Shown in pieces: positions 12,566-26,486 of a DNA stretch of 64,000 bases. Where the stretch lies: the NCBI RefSeq assembly GCF_006345805.1, contig NC_043016.1, forward strand, positions 15,314,001 through 15,378,000, given 5' to 3'. The translations under genes were made by a program, and so were the position numbers. The stretch's first letter is position 1; each line of letters begins with the position of its first letter. The notes beneath the pieces are model-generated. The model saw nothing but the letters and a program-made list of their open reading frames with translations, did no database searches and was not told where the DNA came from. Origin of the DNA: Octopus sinensis (taxonomy: Eukaryota).

Positions 12566-14399
12566 ATTTTTTTTAGTGGGTTCGGGTTTATACCTATATT
12601 TATGGCTGGTTGTCTTCTGTCTCCTACCATATTGTGCAGCTTGTGAGGTTGAATGTTGATAATTTATATATCCTGAATATATATATATAGAGAGAGAGAG
12701 CCTTCAATACCTGTCAGTCGCAAGATTACGTAATGTTTCTACAGTCATTATGTAATTAAGACAGTAATTTGTCAAAATGCATGCATGTCCTTAAAGTATG
12801 GGTGTGCCATACATGATTTCTCTATATTAATAATTCTATAACTTGGTTTGTATTCCACACACTAAACTACCATGAGGTCAATGCCTTGCATCATAGTACA
12901 TTGGATGCTGAGTAGAGTATGGAAGCCTCTATTGAGCTCAATGTATGGGTTATGTGTCACATCTCACAGCACCTATATCCAACATGCACACACACACACA
13001 CTTGCACACTCGCACACTTACATATATATGGTAAATGTATGTCTTTCACAAGAAGGAACAACTGCTAATAGTTGCCAATGTTGATTTTGGCTGACCAAAT
13101 TTTAGTTAAATACTCTTTTCTATTGTTTCATTTTGTCAAAGTTTATTAGTTCAACCAAAGAAGAAATGAATGAATTTCAGTGGAATTGAACACATGAATC
13201 ACGTGATTGTATTTGAAACTTCTTAACATCTCTGCCGTTCCTGCATCTGATGATGTTAGGAATTACTTAAGCTCTTCAGATTCAGGGTGACTGATTATTT
13301 TCTGACTTTCAAGGATTTGTATTTTGACAGAAATTTGAAATTGAGCATAGATTGGAAAGAAAAATTTGAACTGTTCTGGCACATAAATTATAGCGTGCAA
13401 CATTATTTTTTACTGTCCTTGAATAATGATGAAAATAAAACCTTTTTCAGCTCTGGCCTAGAATACATGGAAAGCATTTTCACTGATTTGATGTGGAAGA
13501 AGGAGCTGTACACATGGCCTTCACAGTTCCTCTAAGACCAGTGGGATCAATACAGTTAACATTCTTGGGCTGATAGGAAGGACTAATATGGACTAGTGCA
13601 TGCTCTGGATGTGGGTGGGTGGACGCGATATGGTGAATGGATTCAAAAAGTTCCAATATTTGTGATCTACATGTTCTCAGGATTGTAGTTAAAAGTTATG
13701 ATGCTTCTCTTGGTGTAAAATGAATTTTGAGAAATCATTTCCCCCAAAGGAACAAATCATTAATTGAAAAGTTTGGTCATAGTTTGTGTGTAGTAGTTTG
13801 TTATTGACTAGAAATTTATCAGTGTAAGTGCATAGTTGTTTGGACAATTAAGTACACAAGAAACTCCCAACATCTTTGATCTTTGTGCTCATGTGTTCTT
13901 CATTGATTAAGCGGCACCATTTAAGGAGAAAATGATTTTAGTGAAGTTATAATTTACTATTAACTTCATGTCGTTATCGCTGTTGTCGTCGTCGTGATCA
14001 TCATCATCATCATCATCATCACCATCACCAACAATCCCTTCATCAGTTGTCCACTGTTTTATCTACTCTGCATTCTGAGCTTACGACAAGATGTGTCTTT
14101 GTCAAAACAGTTGTTCCCACAAAGCAAATTAAATAAAATTTGAGATTTGCGGAGGGTGAAAGTTGGTAACAAAAACAGGACAGTGAAAACAAATGGTAAG
14201 CCATAATGACAAGATGTGGTGAATGCTGGAGAAACAAGCTTTGACAGGAGACAGACAAGAATGCATCCTACCCCTGTAGCTAAATGAGAGAAAAGAAATT
14301 CAAGTTAGGAAGAGAAAGATGGCCACTGGTCACGTGTGAGCAATGGGAGAGTCAAGGAAGAAGAGTGAGGAAGAGAGAGGGACAGATGGAGAAAGATGT

Positions 14400-15320
14400 A
14401 TATGCATAAAGAAGACAGAAGTATTCCACCAACATTGCCCTACTCCTAAACAAATTCGAAGTGTCAAGCAGAGGCCACCAGTTCACAATTCTCCTGACAC
14501 TCCTATACAGGTTGATGGGAATAGCTTAAATTATGTGAAGTCATTTACATATCTTGGCAGTAAAGTGAAATTGAGTGCTTCCCTTGATGATGAAATTGTC
14601 AACTATCTTGCAAAGGCAACCAATGCCTTTAGCAAACTCCGTCATCGACCATGGAATGAAATAGCCAAGTAAAGGTCTATAAAGTAGCCATTCTTACTAT
14701 TCTCTTGAATGGCTCAGAACCCTGGACACCCTTTAGATGACACATATCTTCCACAAAACGGTCTGAAATCAATCTGTGGTTATTCACTAAAAGAGAATTT
14801 CTAATGCCGACTTGTTTAGCAAGTGTAAGATTGGTGGAATTGAGAGCTTCCTTATACAATCACAATTGCACTGGGTTGGCTATGTCATCAGAATGAGTGA
14901 TGAAAGAATACCCAAAGTCCTCATGTACAGCCAGCCTGAGAGTGGACACAGGAATATTGGTTGATCATGGCTCAGATATAAGGAAAAGCTGAAGAGTAAC
15001 CTCTTAGAACTGAAGATTGCTCACAACACCTTTGAGTGAACAGCCTTGGAATGGACAAAATGGGGATTGTTGTGTCAAAATGGTATTAGGAACTTTGTTG
15101 CAACTGGCATTAACAGGCTTTGGGGGTGCAAGACAAAGGAGAAAAGCAGCTGCAAATATACCACCTGCACTGACCTGTGATCCTCATACTTGCAGGATCT
15201 GTGGCCTTTGTAAAACGTTGGCAGGACTTAAACGTCACATTTGACATAAGCATTATGACTGACAAAGAAAGAGTACGTTGTCATAGCCTCATATGTTTAA
15301 ACCGACAGGACAGTCCATCA
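14400..15320 (+). mobile_element. Decayed RTE (BovB-like) LINE 3' half
   Basis: VKSFTYLGS...DDEIVNYLAKATNAFSKL, LHWVGYVIRMSDERIPKVLMYS and a terminal CRICGLCKTLAGLKRH finger. Confidence 0.85.
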
Positions 15321-15406
<86 letters not shown>

Positions 15407-15509
15407 ATATGCATGTATACACACACACACACGCACACACACAAAAACACACACATACACACACAGACACACACATACATGTATATATATGTATGTATAT
15501 ACAGGTATA

Positions 15510-15857
15510 TGTGTGTGTGTACAAGATATGCGACATATTTCTGTCCAAAGATTGAAACTTCTTCATTCACATTCATTTCCATTCTTTTCCAAATGTTCCC
15601 TTAATATCCATTTCTTAAATCAGCCAGAAATTTACCATATCTTAGATTTTACAGTGGTGAATATATATATATATGAATATAGATTAACCGAATTCAACTC
15701 CCTATTTTAGTGACCTAGTTCAGCTTTAATACAGGTATTTATTCAAAATACCTGTAAAAAAAAAAAAAAGACATTCTCTTCTGTCACCTTTATTCAGTGA
15801 CATATTTCTGAACTATTTCACTCACTCATTCTCTCTCTCTCCCTCCCCCTCTCTTTG

Positions 15858-15909
<52 letters not shown>

Positions 15910-15939
15910 ACAGAGTAGCTTTTCCCATGGGAGCCTTGA
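15510..15939 (+). repeat. Left arm of an approximately 420-bp inverted duplication
   Basis: Reverse complement of 17398-17825 at high identity outside the microsatellites. Confidence 0.92.
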
Positions 15940-16628
15940 ACCAGTTATCTTCCTCTTTCCATTCACTTAGTAGTAGACTGCTGTAAAGAGGATTAGGTAA
16001 GAGATTACTTGATGTAATCTGTCATCCAATATACAAACTTTTGTGTTGCGTAATTATCATATAACAATTGAATGAAATACGTAATAACATTTATAGACTA
16101 TCTTTAATCAATTCATTTCACTAATATTTGTTTACCATTACATGTGTTTCATTTGCTAATAGGAATTACTAAATTGTTTGTGTAAGATGAACATGTAAGA
16201 AATCTCCTATTACAAATGGTCCAGAGAGAATCAAATAAAATAAAATTTACATTTCGATGTGATGTTTATATATAGTTACATAATTTTACATATGTGTGTA
16301 TGTGTGTATGTATGTATGTATGTATATATGTATGTATGTATGTGTGTGTGTATGTATGTATGTATGTATGTATGTATGTATGTATGTATGTATGAATATA
16401 TGTAGAAATTTTAAAAAAACACAATTTTCCATGACTGTTGACAGTACCGCCTAACTGGCTCCCATGTTGGTGGCACGTAAAAGCACCCACTACACTCTTG
16501 GAGTGGTTGGCATTAGGAAGGGCATCCAGCTGTAGAAACTCTGCTAAATCAAGATTGGAGCCTGGTGCAGCCATCTGGTTCGCCACTCCTCAGTCAAATC
16601 GTCCTATCCATGCTAGTAATGATGATGA

Positions 16629-16687
<59 letters not shown>

Positions 16688-16958
16688 TATCAATACAATA
16701 AGATATTACAATGATTTGTTAATATATTAAGATGTATAAAATACATTATAATATCGGTGGCTCATTAGCATTAAAAAGCAAAAAGGAATTAAGAAACGAA
16801 GGTACAAAATAGCTCTTGTGAATGCTAGAAATGAGAGTCAAAATTTAACTTGGAAAGCCACTAAAAACACTAACCTCATGGTATTTACAGGATTCGGGCA
16901 CAGCAAGCTAAATGATCTTTCCCTTGTGAGAACTCACAGAATGAAATAGTTGGACAAA

Positions 16959-17012
16959 ACTTATCAATTGATTTTGAAATTTGATCAGAATGATCATGCT
17001 TCTCATCAGAGG
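16959..17012 (-). ncRNA. Degenerate hammerhead motif (G12>A)
   Basis: Minus strand: cct-CTGATGA-gaagcatgatca-ttc-tgatcaaatttc-aAAA-TCAATTGA-TA-agt; palindromic stem III ATCAATTGAT. Confidence 0.4.
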
Positions 17013-17116
17013 TCTCTACCACTACTCAGGGTTAAAGAGATAGCCTGCCTCAAAACAGTTCATGAGAAGGAAAAACTGTTGATAAGCTACGCTAAAATTC
17101 AAAACAGTTATATATT

Positions 17117-17152
<36 letters not shown>

Positions 17153-17397
17153 TAGTAGTCATAGACATGAAATACTAATCGATGTGGTTAGCTGTAACCT
17201 GGAACATAACTGAGAGCCATCATGGTATTGGGGGGGGTGGCAGATAATATATCCCTCCAAACTCGCACTATGTATATATTACCTACGTAATTATTTATAC
17301 ATTCATTATACTTGTACATATATAATAATAAAGCTGGCTACACCCAATATAAAACCAAAAAGAAAAGATTCAATCCCTAATTGTGACTGACAGTGTA

Positions 17398-17630
17398 CAA
17401 GGCTGCCATGGGAAAAGCTAATTAGTGCGTGTGTGTGTGTGTGAGAGAGAGACAAAGAGAGGGGGAGGGAGAGAGAGAATGAGTGAGTGAAATAGTTCAG
17501 AAATATGTCACTGAATAAAGGTGACAGAAGAGAATGTCTTTTTTTTTTTTTTACAGGTATTTTGAATAAATACCTGTATTAAAGCTGAACTAGGTCACTA
17601 AAATAGGGAGTTGAATTCGGTTTATCTATA

Positions 17631-17676
<46 letters not shown>

Positions 17677-17825
17677 CCTCTGTAAAATCTAAGATATGGT
17701 AAATTTCTGGCTGATTTAAGAAATGGATATTAAGGGAACATTTGGAAAAGAATGGAAATGAATGTGAATGAAGAAGTTTCAATCTTTGGACAGAAATATG
17801 TTGCATATCTTGTACACACACACAC
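17398..17825 (-). repeat. Right arm of the approximately 420-bp inverted duplication
   Basis: Reverse complement of 15510-15939. Confidence 0.92.
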
Positions 17826-18708
17826 TCTCTTACTCTTTTACTTGTTTACTTGTTTCAGCCATGCTGGAGCACCACCTTTTAATCGAAGCAATCAAATCCA
17901 GGACTTATTCTTTGTAAGCCTAGTACTTATCCTATCGATCTCTTTTGACAACCTGCTAAGTTATAGAGACGTAAACACACCGACATTAGTTGTCAAGCAA
18001 TGGTGGGGGGGACAAACACAGACGGCAAACGACCACAAACGTTTGCCAGCTCTGTCTGGCACCTGTGCGGGTGGCACGTAAAAAGCACCCACTACACTCA
18101 CAGAGTGGTTGGCGTTAGGAAGGGCATCCAGCCGTAGAAACACTGCCAGATCTGACTGGGCCTGATGAAGCCTTCCGGCTTCACAGACCCCAGTTGAATC
18201 GTCCAACCCATGCTAGCATGGAAAACAGACGCTAAATGATGATGATGATGATGATGATGATATATATATATATACAACAGGCTTTTTTCAGTTTCTGTCT
18301 ACCAAATCCATTCACAAGGCTTTGATCAGCCCAAGGGTATAGCAGAAGACACTTGGCCAAGGTTTCACACGGTGGGATTAAACCTGGAACCATGTGGTTG
18401 GTAAGCAGCTACTCACCGCACAGCCACGCATGCATATATAAATGAATTAGTGAATACAAAAAAGAGAGTAGCACTCAATACATTTAGTTGGATACATTTA
18501 GAAGGGTAAAAGTTCACAGTTCAACTTTCTGACGTTGTAGAAATAGGTGCATAAGTCCTTAGGTGCAATCCTATGTAGATTCACGTAGGTTAAAGACCTG
18601 ATATTGTAAACATCCAGAAAAAAAGACGTGAACATATCAATGTTCCTTTACTTCTGTCCTCCATGTTGTCATTTCAGTAATTTATACCCTTCTCATTTTT
18701 CCCTATTT

Positions 18709-18764
18709 GTCTTTGATGATGGAATATCCCATACTCAGGGATATCCCAGAAACATCTGTAAGAC
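18709..18764 (+). ncRNA. Type-I hammerhead ribozyme motif (C3>U)
   Basis: gtct-TTGATGA-tggaatatccc-atactca-gggatatccca-GAAAC-atct-GTA-agac; perfect 4-bp stem I and 10/11-bp stem II. Confidence 0.65.
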
Positions 18765-18867
18765 TTTGAATTTTTTCCAATAATAATAATAATAATGTAT
18801 ATGACTTGAGATGTTTGCCTTGCCTTAATGTTTGTTGTCCTTTTTAACAATTATATACATACATACC

Positions 18868-18915
<48 letters not shown>

Positions 18916-19347
18916 CATATACATATATATATATATACATATACATATCCGAACGTGGCCGTTGCCAGCGCCACCCCAACTGGCCTCCGTGCCAGTGGCA
19001 TGTAAAAAGCACCATCTGATCGTGGCCGTTTGCCAGCCTCGTCTGACACCTGTGCAGGTAGCACATAAAAAGCACCCACTACACTCTCGGAGTGGTTGGC
19101 GTTAGGAAGGGCATCCAGCTGTAGAAACACTGCCAGATCAGACTGGAGCCTGGGGCAGCCTCCTGGCTTCCCAGACCCCAGTTGAACCATCCAACCAATG
19201 CTAACATGGAAAACGGACGTTAAACGATGATGATGATGATATACATATATATATATACTTAATCCAAACAAGAAAGCACAAAAAAACACAACAACGCGAG
19301 GACGTGGAACAAATATAGTATTATTGGACGCTCAGGAAAGAAGGAGG

Positions 19348-19382
19348 GTTTAATGTTTTGAGCAGAGCTCTTCGTCGGAAAC
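19348..19382 (-). ncRNA. Degenerate minimal hammerhead, same family as 26487-26521
   Basis: Minus strand: gttt-CCGACGA-a-GAGC-tct-GCTC-aAAAC-aTT-aaac. Confidence 0.5.
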
Positions 19383-19489
19383 ATAGGAGAAGGAAAGATC
19401 CAGAGAAGGGAAGACAGAGGAAAAGAAATCGCCAACGGTACACACGCGGTCACATTTTGAAAGACATATACATATATATATATATACAT

Positions 19490-19536
<47 letters not shown>

Positions 19537-20911
19537 AGAGAGGGAGAGAGAAAGGGAGAGGGGCAGACAGACAGAAACAGAGAGAGAAAGAGAGAATGAG
19601 CAGGTATTTGAGCCCTAACTGCTAGATATTTGGTTAGACACCATTAATGAGCCATCAGAGATTTTTATTATTGATCTACAGCTTGACTAATTGGCTTGAG
19701 GTAGTGGCATGATATGGATTACTTGGATGTTCTAAAATTTAACCTCTTTTTACCTTATGAAACCTGTTTGGCACTGAACTCACCACAATGTCCTTGTATA
19801 TCCTCAAGTGTTAGCTTTTTTTCTTTTCAGACAAAGCATCCTTTGCCTGAACAGTGTTTCGTGGCACTAGTTTAACTTCAAACAGATTGAGACAACTTTA
19901 TTCTTTCATCTTATAAGTCTTGATTACTGGCTGAAATATTTGATTAAACTGCAGACTTTCATATGACCATCTCTGACTGAATATCAGGTGAAAATCATTG
20001 GTCTAGTTGCATGCTGTTTAATGATCTTATTAACCAGCTTTGACTGATTATTTTCTAATTGACCTTATAGCAAATTTATTAGTTTATATCTAAGTAAAAT
20101 ATTTGTTTCTGGCTGACCAGTTTCAATTGATATATAACGAAAAATTTGTTGGCCTACTTGACTGGTATTTGATATGATCAATCAACTGGTTCTGGCTATT
20201 CAGTTCTTTCTGACTAATCACATTTAGCAAAACAGTCTGTTGGCCTGTTCCACAGAGTGGCCAACTGATTCACATGCCTCACCTCCTGCTAGGCAGACAA
20301 ATACTGGTATTTGAACAGACAGCCTTGACCTTTTGCACAGACAAATATCATATCTGGCAATGAATATTAAAGTTTTGCAAGTACTTGGTGACCCTGTCAG
20401 TGCAGGTGCCACTCAAAAAGCATCCAGTCCACATTGTAAAGTGGTTGGCCTTTAGAACTTTCCATTAACATATTATTCTCACTATTATATATATATATAT
20501 ATATTATATAATATATTTTATTATTTATTGATATATAGGTGGATTATGTATTTGTAATACTAGATTGAAGCTAATTAGGTATTATATTATTTGATATTTA
20601 GTCTATTTGTTATAGTTTGTAATATTAAATCCATAGATACTACACATGTATATTTATTATATGGTTAGCTTATGTAAGGAGTTTGTCTAAATTTGACACA
20701 TTTCTTATCTTGATTACAATTTAATGACTTTTTATAGCTTTGTGTTTTTTATTTAATTTTAAAGTATTTGATTATTGAATTATTATTTTATTTTTCAATT
20801 ATGTATATTTAGAATTTTCATATACATATATATTTATATATATATGTGTATATATATGTATATATTAAAGTATATTTATTAATTAATTATTTTACTGTTC
20901 TATTATATTTT

Positions 20912-20998
20912 AACCTGATGAGCGACTATATTTATATGCAAGTGATTTCTCTACTACTATAATCATTTCTTAAATATAGCAGCGAAACACGTGTCGTT
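20912..20998 (+). ncRNA. Minimal type-I hammerhead ribozyme with intact core
   Basis: aac-CTGATGA-GC..CTATATTTA...TAAATATAG..GC-GAAAC-ACGT-GTC-gtt; palindromic stem III ACACGTGT; predicted cleavage after C20995. Confidence 0.8.
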
Positions 20999-21399
20999 TT
21001 TCTACCTATTATATACATTACATTATTCTTGTAATTTACTTAATCTTTACTTTTTAATTGTTATTTTAATTTTAACTTTTCTATTATTTGTAATTTTCTA
21101 GAGGGTGTAATTTAATTATTCATTTTGAATTGATAAAAGGTGGTTTTTTCTAATATTTATATATATTATATTGTGTAGAATTTGATTTAGTATTTCTAAA
21201 TTGAATTCTTTTTCCTTGTAAGTTTGGATTTTATTCCCTCAAATAATAATAATATATATATATATATGTATGTATAGTTATATATAGTTGAGCGGAAGAG
21301 CAAAGCCTGTGTGGTATGCCACAGTTTGAGATCTGTATAGAAGTTGGACTTTCGTAAGGACCTGAAGATCCATCTCTTCATTGCTGCAGTTAGGGATGG

Positions 21400-21705
21400 C
21401 TCTGAACATTAACCTGTATACACTGAGGATGAAGAACTCAGAGCCGTACGAGAGCCTCCCAATAGTTAGCTCAAAAATAACACAGAGTAGACTGTGATTA
21501 GCTGGACATGCTCACCATTATTAAGAGTTGATACTGCATTCAGTGCACCTGCGGAAGCCCCTGCATGGACACACTAGAAGAGGGAGACCAAGGATGACAT
21601 ATGTTGATGCCCTAAGGACAGACACTGGTCTCTGGGAGACACAGGACATGGCAACAATGACGAGGGACAAGGACCACTGGAAAGAACTCATCCATGGATC
21701 TCAGG
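21400..21705 (+). mobile_element. RTE-like LINE 3' fragment
   Basis: GHTRRGRPRMTYVDALRTDTGL...MTRDKDHWKELI. Confidence 0.65.
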
Positions 21706-22120
21706 AAATTCTCCCACCCTATATAGCGCCGCCCCGACGGGCCTCCATGCAGGTGGCACGTAAAAAGCACCATCCGATCATGGTCATTGCCAGCCTCGCC
21801 TGGCCCCCGTGCCGGTGACACGTAAAAAGCACCATCCGACCATGGCCGTTTGCCAGCCTCCCCTGACACCTGTGCCGGTGACACGTAAAAAGCACCATCC
21901 GACCATGGCCGTTTGCCAGCCTCCCCTGACACCTGTGCCGGTGGCACGTAAAAAGCACCCACTACACTCACGGAGTGGTTGGCGTTAGGAAGGGCATCCA
22001 GCTGTAGATTGGAGCCTGGTGCAGCCTCCTGGCTTTACCAGACCCCAGTCAAACCGTCCAACCCATGCTAGCATGGAAATCAGACGCTAAATGATGATGA
22101 TGATGATATATATATATACA

Positions 22121-23043
22121 TGAGGTGGTATCAAAAAGTTCCCAGATTAATCCTGTAGTACTCCAACAGATGCAGATGACTGCACACACTTGCATGCACA
22201 GTGATAGCTAGCAGTAACCTTCCTGAGGCAGTGTGTTGAGTGACATTTGCTGTATTTACTTTGCAAGTTGTGAAATTTGGGTTTTTGTGATCATGTGTAT
22301 GCTATTGACTGCGATTTTATCATATATGTTTCAAAGTCTGTCAAGATCTCTGTCAATGTGTCGCTAATGACCCATCATTCATGCTGTGAATCATCACTGG
22401 TGATGAGAGTTATGTCTATGAGTACGACCCTGAGATGAAGCAGCAATCAATTACAATAGAAGAGCTCTTCATCTCCATGTCCAAAGAAGGCATAACAGAA
22501 CAGCAGCTCAATCAAGAGTGTGCTCATCGCTTTTGTTTTTTTACATCTGCAGTATTGTGCATTGAGAATTTGTGCCCCAGGGCCAAACTGTCAATTGAAA
22601 GTTCTACTGTGAAGTTTTAAAGCATTTGAGGGATGACATTTGACGGAAGTGACCGGATCTGTGGAGCACAAAGAATCGAATTCTTTATACCGACAATGCA
22701 CCCTGTCACTGAGTTCTCCTCACTAATTTTTTTTTTCTAGATTTAACGCTCACCCTATTTGCCAGATTTAGCACCTGTGGATTTCCATCTCTTCCCCCAA
22801 GACTAAAATGCAGCTCAAAGGTCACTGTTCTAATAATGTTGCTGAGATCAAGAGAAAATTGCAGAAGGTCCTTGACTGAAGGTAAAATGACCTCCAGGCC
22901 GGATTCCAAAAGTTGCAGGAATGCTGGGACAGGTGTATTGCTGTGCAAGGTGACTATTTCGAAGGAGATGATGTTAAAACTTTGGTAAATAAATGACTTT
23001 TTATTAAACATAACTAGTCTAGGAACTTTTTGCTACCACCTCA
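22121..23043 (+). mobile_element. Decayed mariner transposon
   Basis: TIRs tgaggtggtatcaaaaagttcc / ggaactttttgctaccacctca; transposase remnants IITGDES..YEYDPEMKQQS, DNAPCH and PYLPDLAPVDFHLFP. Confidence 0.88.
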
Positions 23044-23481
23044 TATATTAAGATAGAAAAGGAAAAAGCAAAACATTTGGAATCACTCAAAAAACATTTA
23101 GTTTAAATCTTCCTCATCAACATGGTTTAACATCAGCTTTCCATGCAGGCATGGGTTGGATGGTCTGACAGGAGCTGGCCAGGGAGGAGAGTTGTACAGG
23201 CTCTGACTGTCAATTTTGGCAAGGTTTTTACAGCTGCATGCCCTTCCAAATGGCAACCACTTTACAGTGTGGACTAGATGCTTTTTATGTGGCACCAGTA
23301 CTGGCAGGATCACCACATAACTTGCAAGACAAAAATCTTTTGAGAGGGAGGTGGGTATAGTGGGAGGTGATCTTGTGTCAGATGGTGAAAGGCTAGAGTG
23401 TGACAGAGAGACAGAAAGACAGAAACAGGTGTATTGCTATAGAGGAGGTACTTGGTTACACAGCCAGAAATAGATGGATAG

Positions 23482-23523
<42 letters not shown>

Positions 23524-24412
23524 TAGGAGAAAGAGATGCTGGCAAAGTGCCAGGATATACTCAGAAGGAGTGGGGAACAGAATATAAATGAGATGGAAGA
23601 GTAAAGGAAGAGAGAGATCGATGGTGTCAAGTGCCAGGGCATACCCTCAGGGTACAGAGGGATCAGAATGAAACGTTTATGCATTAGGTATTTTCATAAT
23701 CAAATAAATAATTAAGTTTTAGGTAAGGTCCATTAGCAATTCTATAAGCAAAGATTCGATGATAAACCACAGCAAAGGATAATGGAAGTTTCCAGTTCCA
23801 TTTTTGTATACAGAGTAAATTAGGGTTGAGTAGGAATAATATACTACAATATGAAGGGAAGAAAGAAGATCCATGTGCCTGTCTATTCTAGAAACAGCTG
23901 TAAGGGACTTTATCTGTTTATATTAAATGTTTTTCAAGTGATGCCAAATGTTTTGCAATTTCATTTCCTTTTTCAATCTATATTCGCCTGCTCAAGAAGA
24001 AACTATTTCTTGCGATCCTTTCGTTGGCATCTTCGGTACCACAATTTTCTGTTGCATTTCAAGTTGGAGTTTTAGTGGTAAACCAAACTGAGCATTCATA
24101 GTACATACCTATTAAATTACATCAATTGACAAAAGCACCTTGTATATTCTCTCTCCCTCTTTCTCTATGCTTATGTACTTGACTAAAGGGGAATTTGTAA
24201 AGGATCAAGGCATATCAAAGTGAGGCATGCCTCAATTATTGGCTTGACAGAATGATGCAAATCAGAGAGTTAAGTAATCTGTTATCATATCATGGAAATC
24301 ATTGCTTCAAGGACATTCACTCTTGTTAGGTAATCCACAACCGCAATTATATCCAAAGATTACTGGAACCGTAAAAACATATTAAGAATAGACAAACGAG
24401 TTATTCAGGACT

Positions 24413-24531
24413 GCTACAATTGTTTCATTAAGACCTTTTGTAGTGATGTAAACATGATACTGTCAGGCATGCAGCATGCACATCTTCCATAAAATTATGT
24501 AATCTGTTTCATAACTCTCAACTCATCAGGC
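24413..24531 (-). ncRNA. Type-I hammerhead ribozyme motif
   Basis: Minus strand: gc-CTGATGA-gttgaga...tcttaat-GAAAC-AATT-GTA-gc; stem III ACAATTGT is a perfect palindrome. Confidence 0.55.
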
Positions 24532-24611
24532 TATCGAATAAACAAGTATGCAGTGACATGTTGATTAATCAACAGATCACCAAGAAGGGAAATTTCTAAT
24601 CAGAATTACCA

Positions 24612-24843
24612 AGGCAGTGAGCTGGCAGAAACGTTAGCATGCCGGGTGAAATGCTTAGTGGTATTTTGTCTGCTGCTATGTTCTGAGTTCAAATTCCGCT
24701 GAGGTCGACTTTGCCTTTCATCCTTTCGGGGTCAATAAATTAAGTACCAGTTATGCACTGGGGTCGATGTAATCGACATAATCCCTTTGTCTGTCCTTAT
24801 TTGTCCCCTCTATGTTTAGCCCCTTGTGGGCAGTAAAGAAATA
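24612..24843 (+). mobile_element. SINE family A
   Basis: Matches 6408-6640. Confidence 0.85.
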
Positions 24844-25084
24844 AGAATTACCAACATTTATGAAATGTAAAGTCAGTGCGATTACAATCTGTCAGTCACA
24901 AGGGAAGATAGTAAAGTGAGGGTGTAAATTAAATAGCTAAAAGGTTTTTCTGTTCTAAAGGTGTCATTAAACTTTGTGACCTCACTCATAAAGGCAAAAC
25001 AGGCTTTCATACTAGCAGAGAGCAGGAGCTAAGTACAGTATTTGATCCATTCAAAACATATTTAGAGACAATTGTTGAAGTTCA

Positions 25085-25835
25085 TCATCATCATCATTGT
25101 TAAGCGTCTACTTTCCAGGCTGGCATAAATAAGACAATTTGACTGGAACTGGTAAACTGGAGAGCTGTACAAAGCTCCGGTCCTATTTTGGCTTGGTTCT
25201 ACATCTGGATGTCCTTCATAACTCCAACCACCACAAGAGTGTAGTAGCTGCCAGTTATGTGTCATTGTCATGGCTGCCTTTTACATGTCATAAGTGCCAT
25301 TTATGTGTCACCATCACGGGTGCCTTTTACGTGTTACCTACACTGTTCATGACTACAATTTCACTCGACCTGATGAGTCTTCTGAAGCACAGAAAACTGT
25401 CAAAGGTCTTGATCGTTTGTCATTGCCTCTGTGAGATCCAGCATCTAAAAATCATGTTTCACCACCTTGCCCCATGTCTTCCTCTTCCTCAGGTTCCCTC
25501 CACAGTCAGGGATTGGCACTTCTTTACACAGCTGTCCTCATCCATACGCATCATATAACCATACCAGCACATTCGTCTTTCTTGCATACCACATCTGATG
25601 CCTTTTATGATTGTCCTTTCTCTCAAAACACTTACACTCTGTTGTACACGCACACTGAAATTGCACATCCAGTGAAGCATACCAGCTTCATTTCTTTCAA
25701 GCATTCACACGTCCCCTGCAGTCACAGCCCATGTTTCACATCCATGTAGCAGGGCTGTTTGCACACAAGTATCATACAATCTGCTTTTCACTTTGAGGGA
25801 GAGGTCCTTATTTACCAACAAAGGAAGGAACTCAC
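25085..25835 (-). mobile_element. RTE LINE 3' fragment plus UTR
   Basis: LERNEAGMLHWMCN...WYGYMMRMDEDSCVKKC followed by the family C tail. Confidence 0.8.
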
Positions 25836-26486
25836 TAAAAATCTGTTTACTGTGTTTTGTTGCTTAGTATATTAAAAAAGTGACATGGTTAATTAATTCC
25901 AGCATTACTTATTCATTTACTTAATTCCTCTTGAGTGATTAAAGTGCTCCAATCAATTATTGAAGAACCAACAAAATATTAGCTTTAATTGTAAATCTAA
26001 TTATAATTTATGAAAAATAACTGAAGGAAAACTGTTCAGAATAGCACTGGTCTCTATGAAATTTCAGAGAAGAGGGAGGGAAAAGAAGTAGAGGCTGGAA
26101 AAGGAAAAGAAGATAATATATAAAGATAGCTATGATCAGAAAGCCAGCAATCATAACCTATAAATACTTAAATAGGAACAGAACAGAATAAATCTAAAAG
26201 TGAAAGTGGTCAATGCATTGACAGAAAGATGCCATTGGTATAAACAAATAAATGTGTATACTTGACTAATGAAAGTCATTTAGGCAATAATCAGTGCCAA
26301 CATAAAGATATAAATCTGTGAATATGGTTCTGTGTTCCTTGGGTGTGGTAACTTGGGCAGGTGTCTTTTACTGTAGCCTCAGGCTGACCAAAAACTTCCG
26401 AGTGGATTTAGTAGAAGGAAACTGAGAGAAGCCTGTTGTAAATTTACACACACACAAACACTTCCTTCGCTATTGAACTCTCCTCT

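Noticed and set aside
11639-12646. Long poly-L/Y/I ORFs (up to 234 aa)
   Set aside because: They are translations of (ATT)n microsatellite. The same applies to the many YIYI/HTHT ORFs.
12720-12780. Additional hammerhead on the minus strand
   Set aside because: GAAAC..GTA and stem II are present but the core reads TTGACAA, too degenerate to call.
13287-13535. 82-aa ORF in apparently unique sequence
   Set aside because: GTG start, no recognisable motif and no splice support.
23851-24110. Possible coding exon (either strand)
   Set aside because: All frames close quickly and there is no recognisable domain or consistent splice pair.
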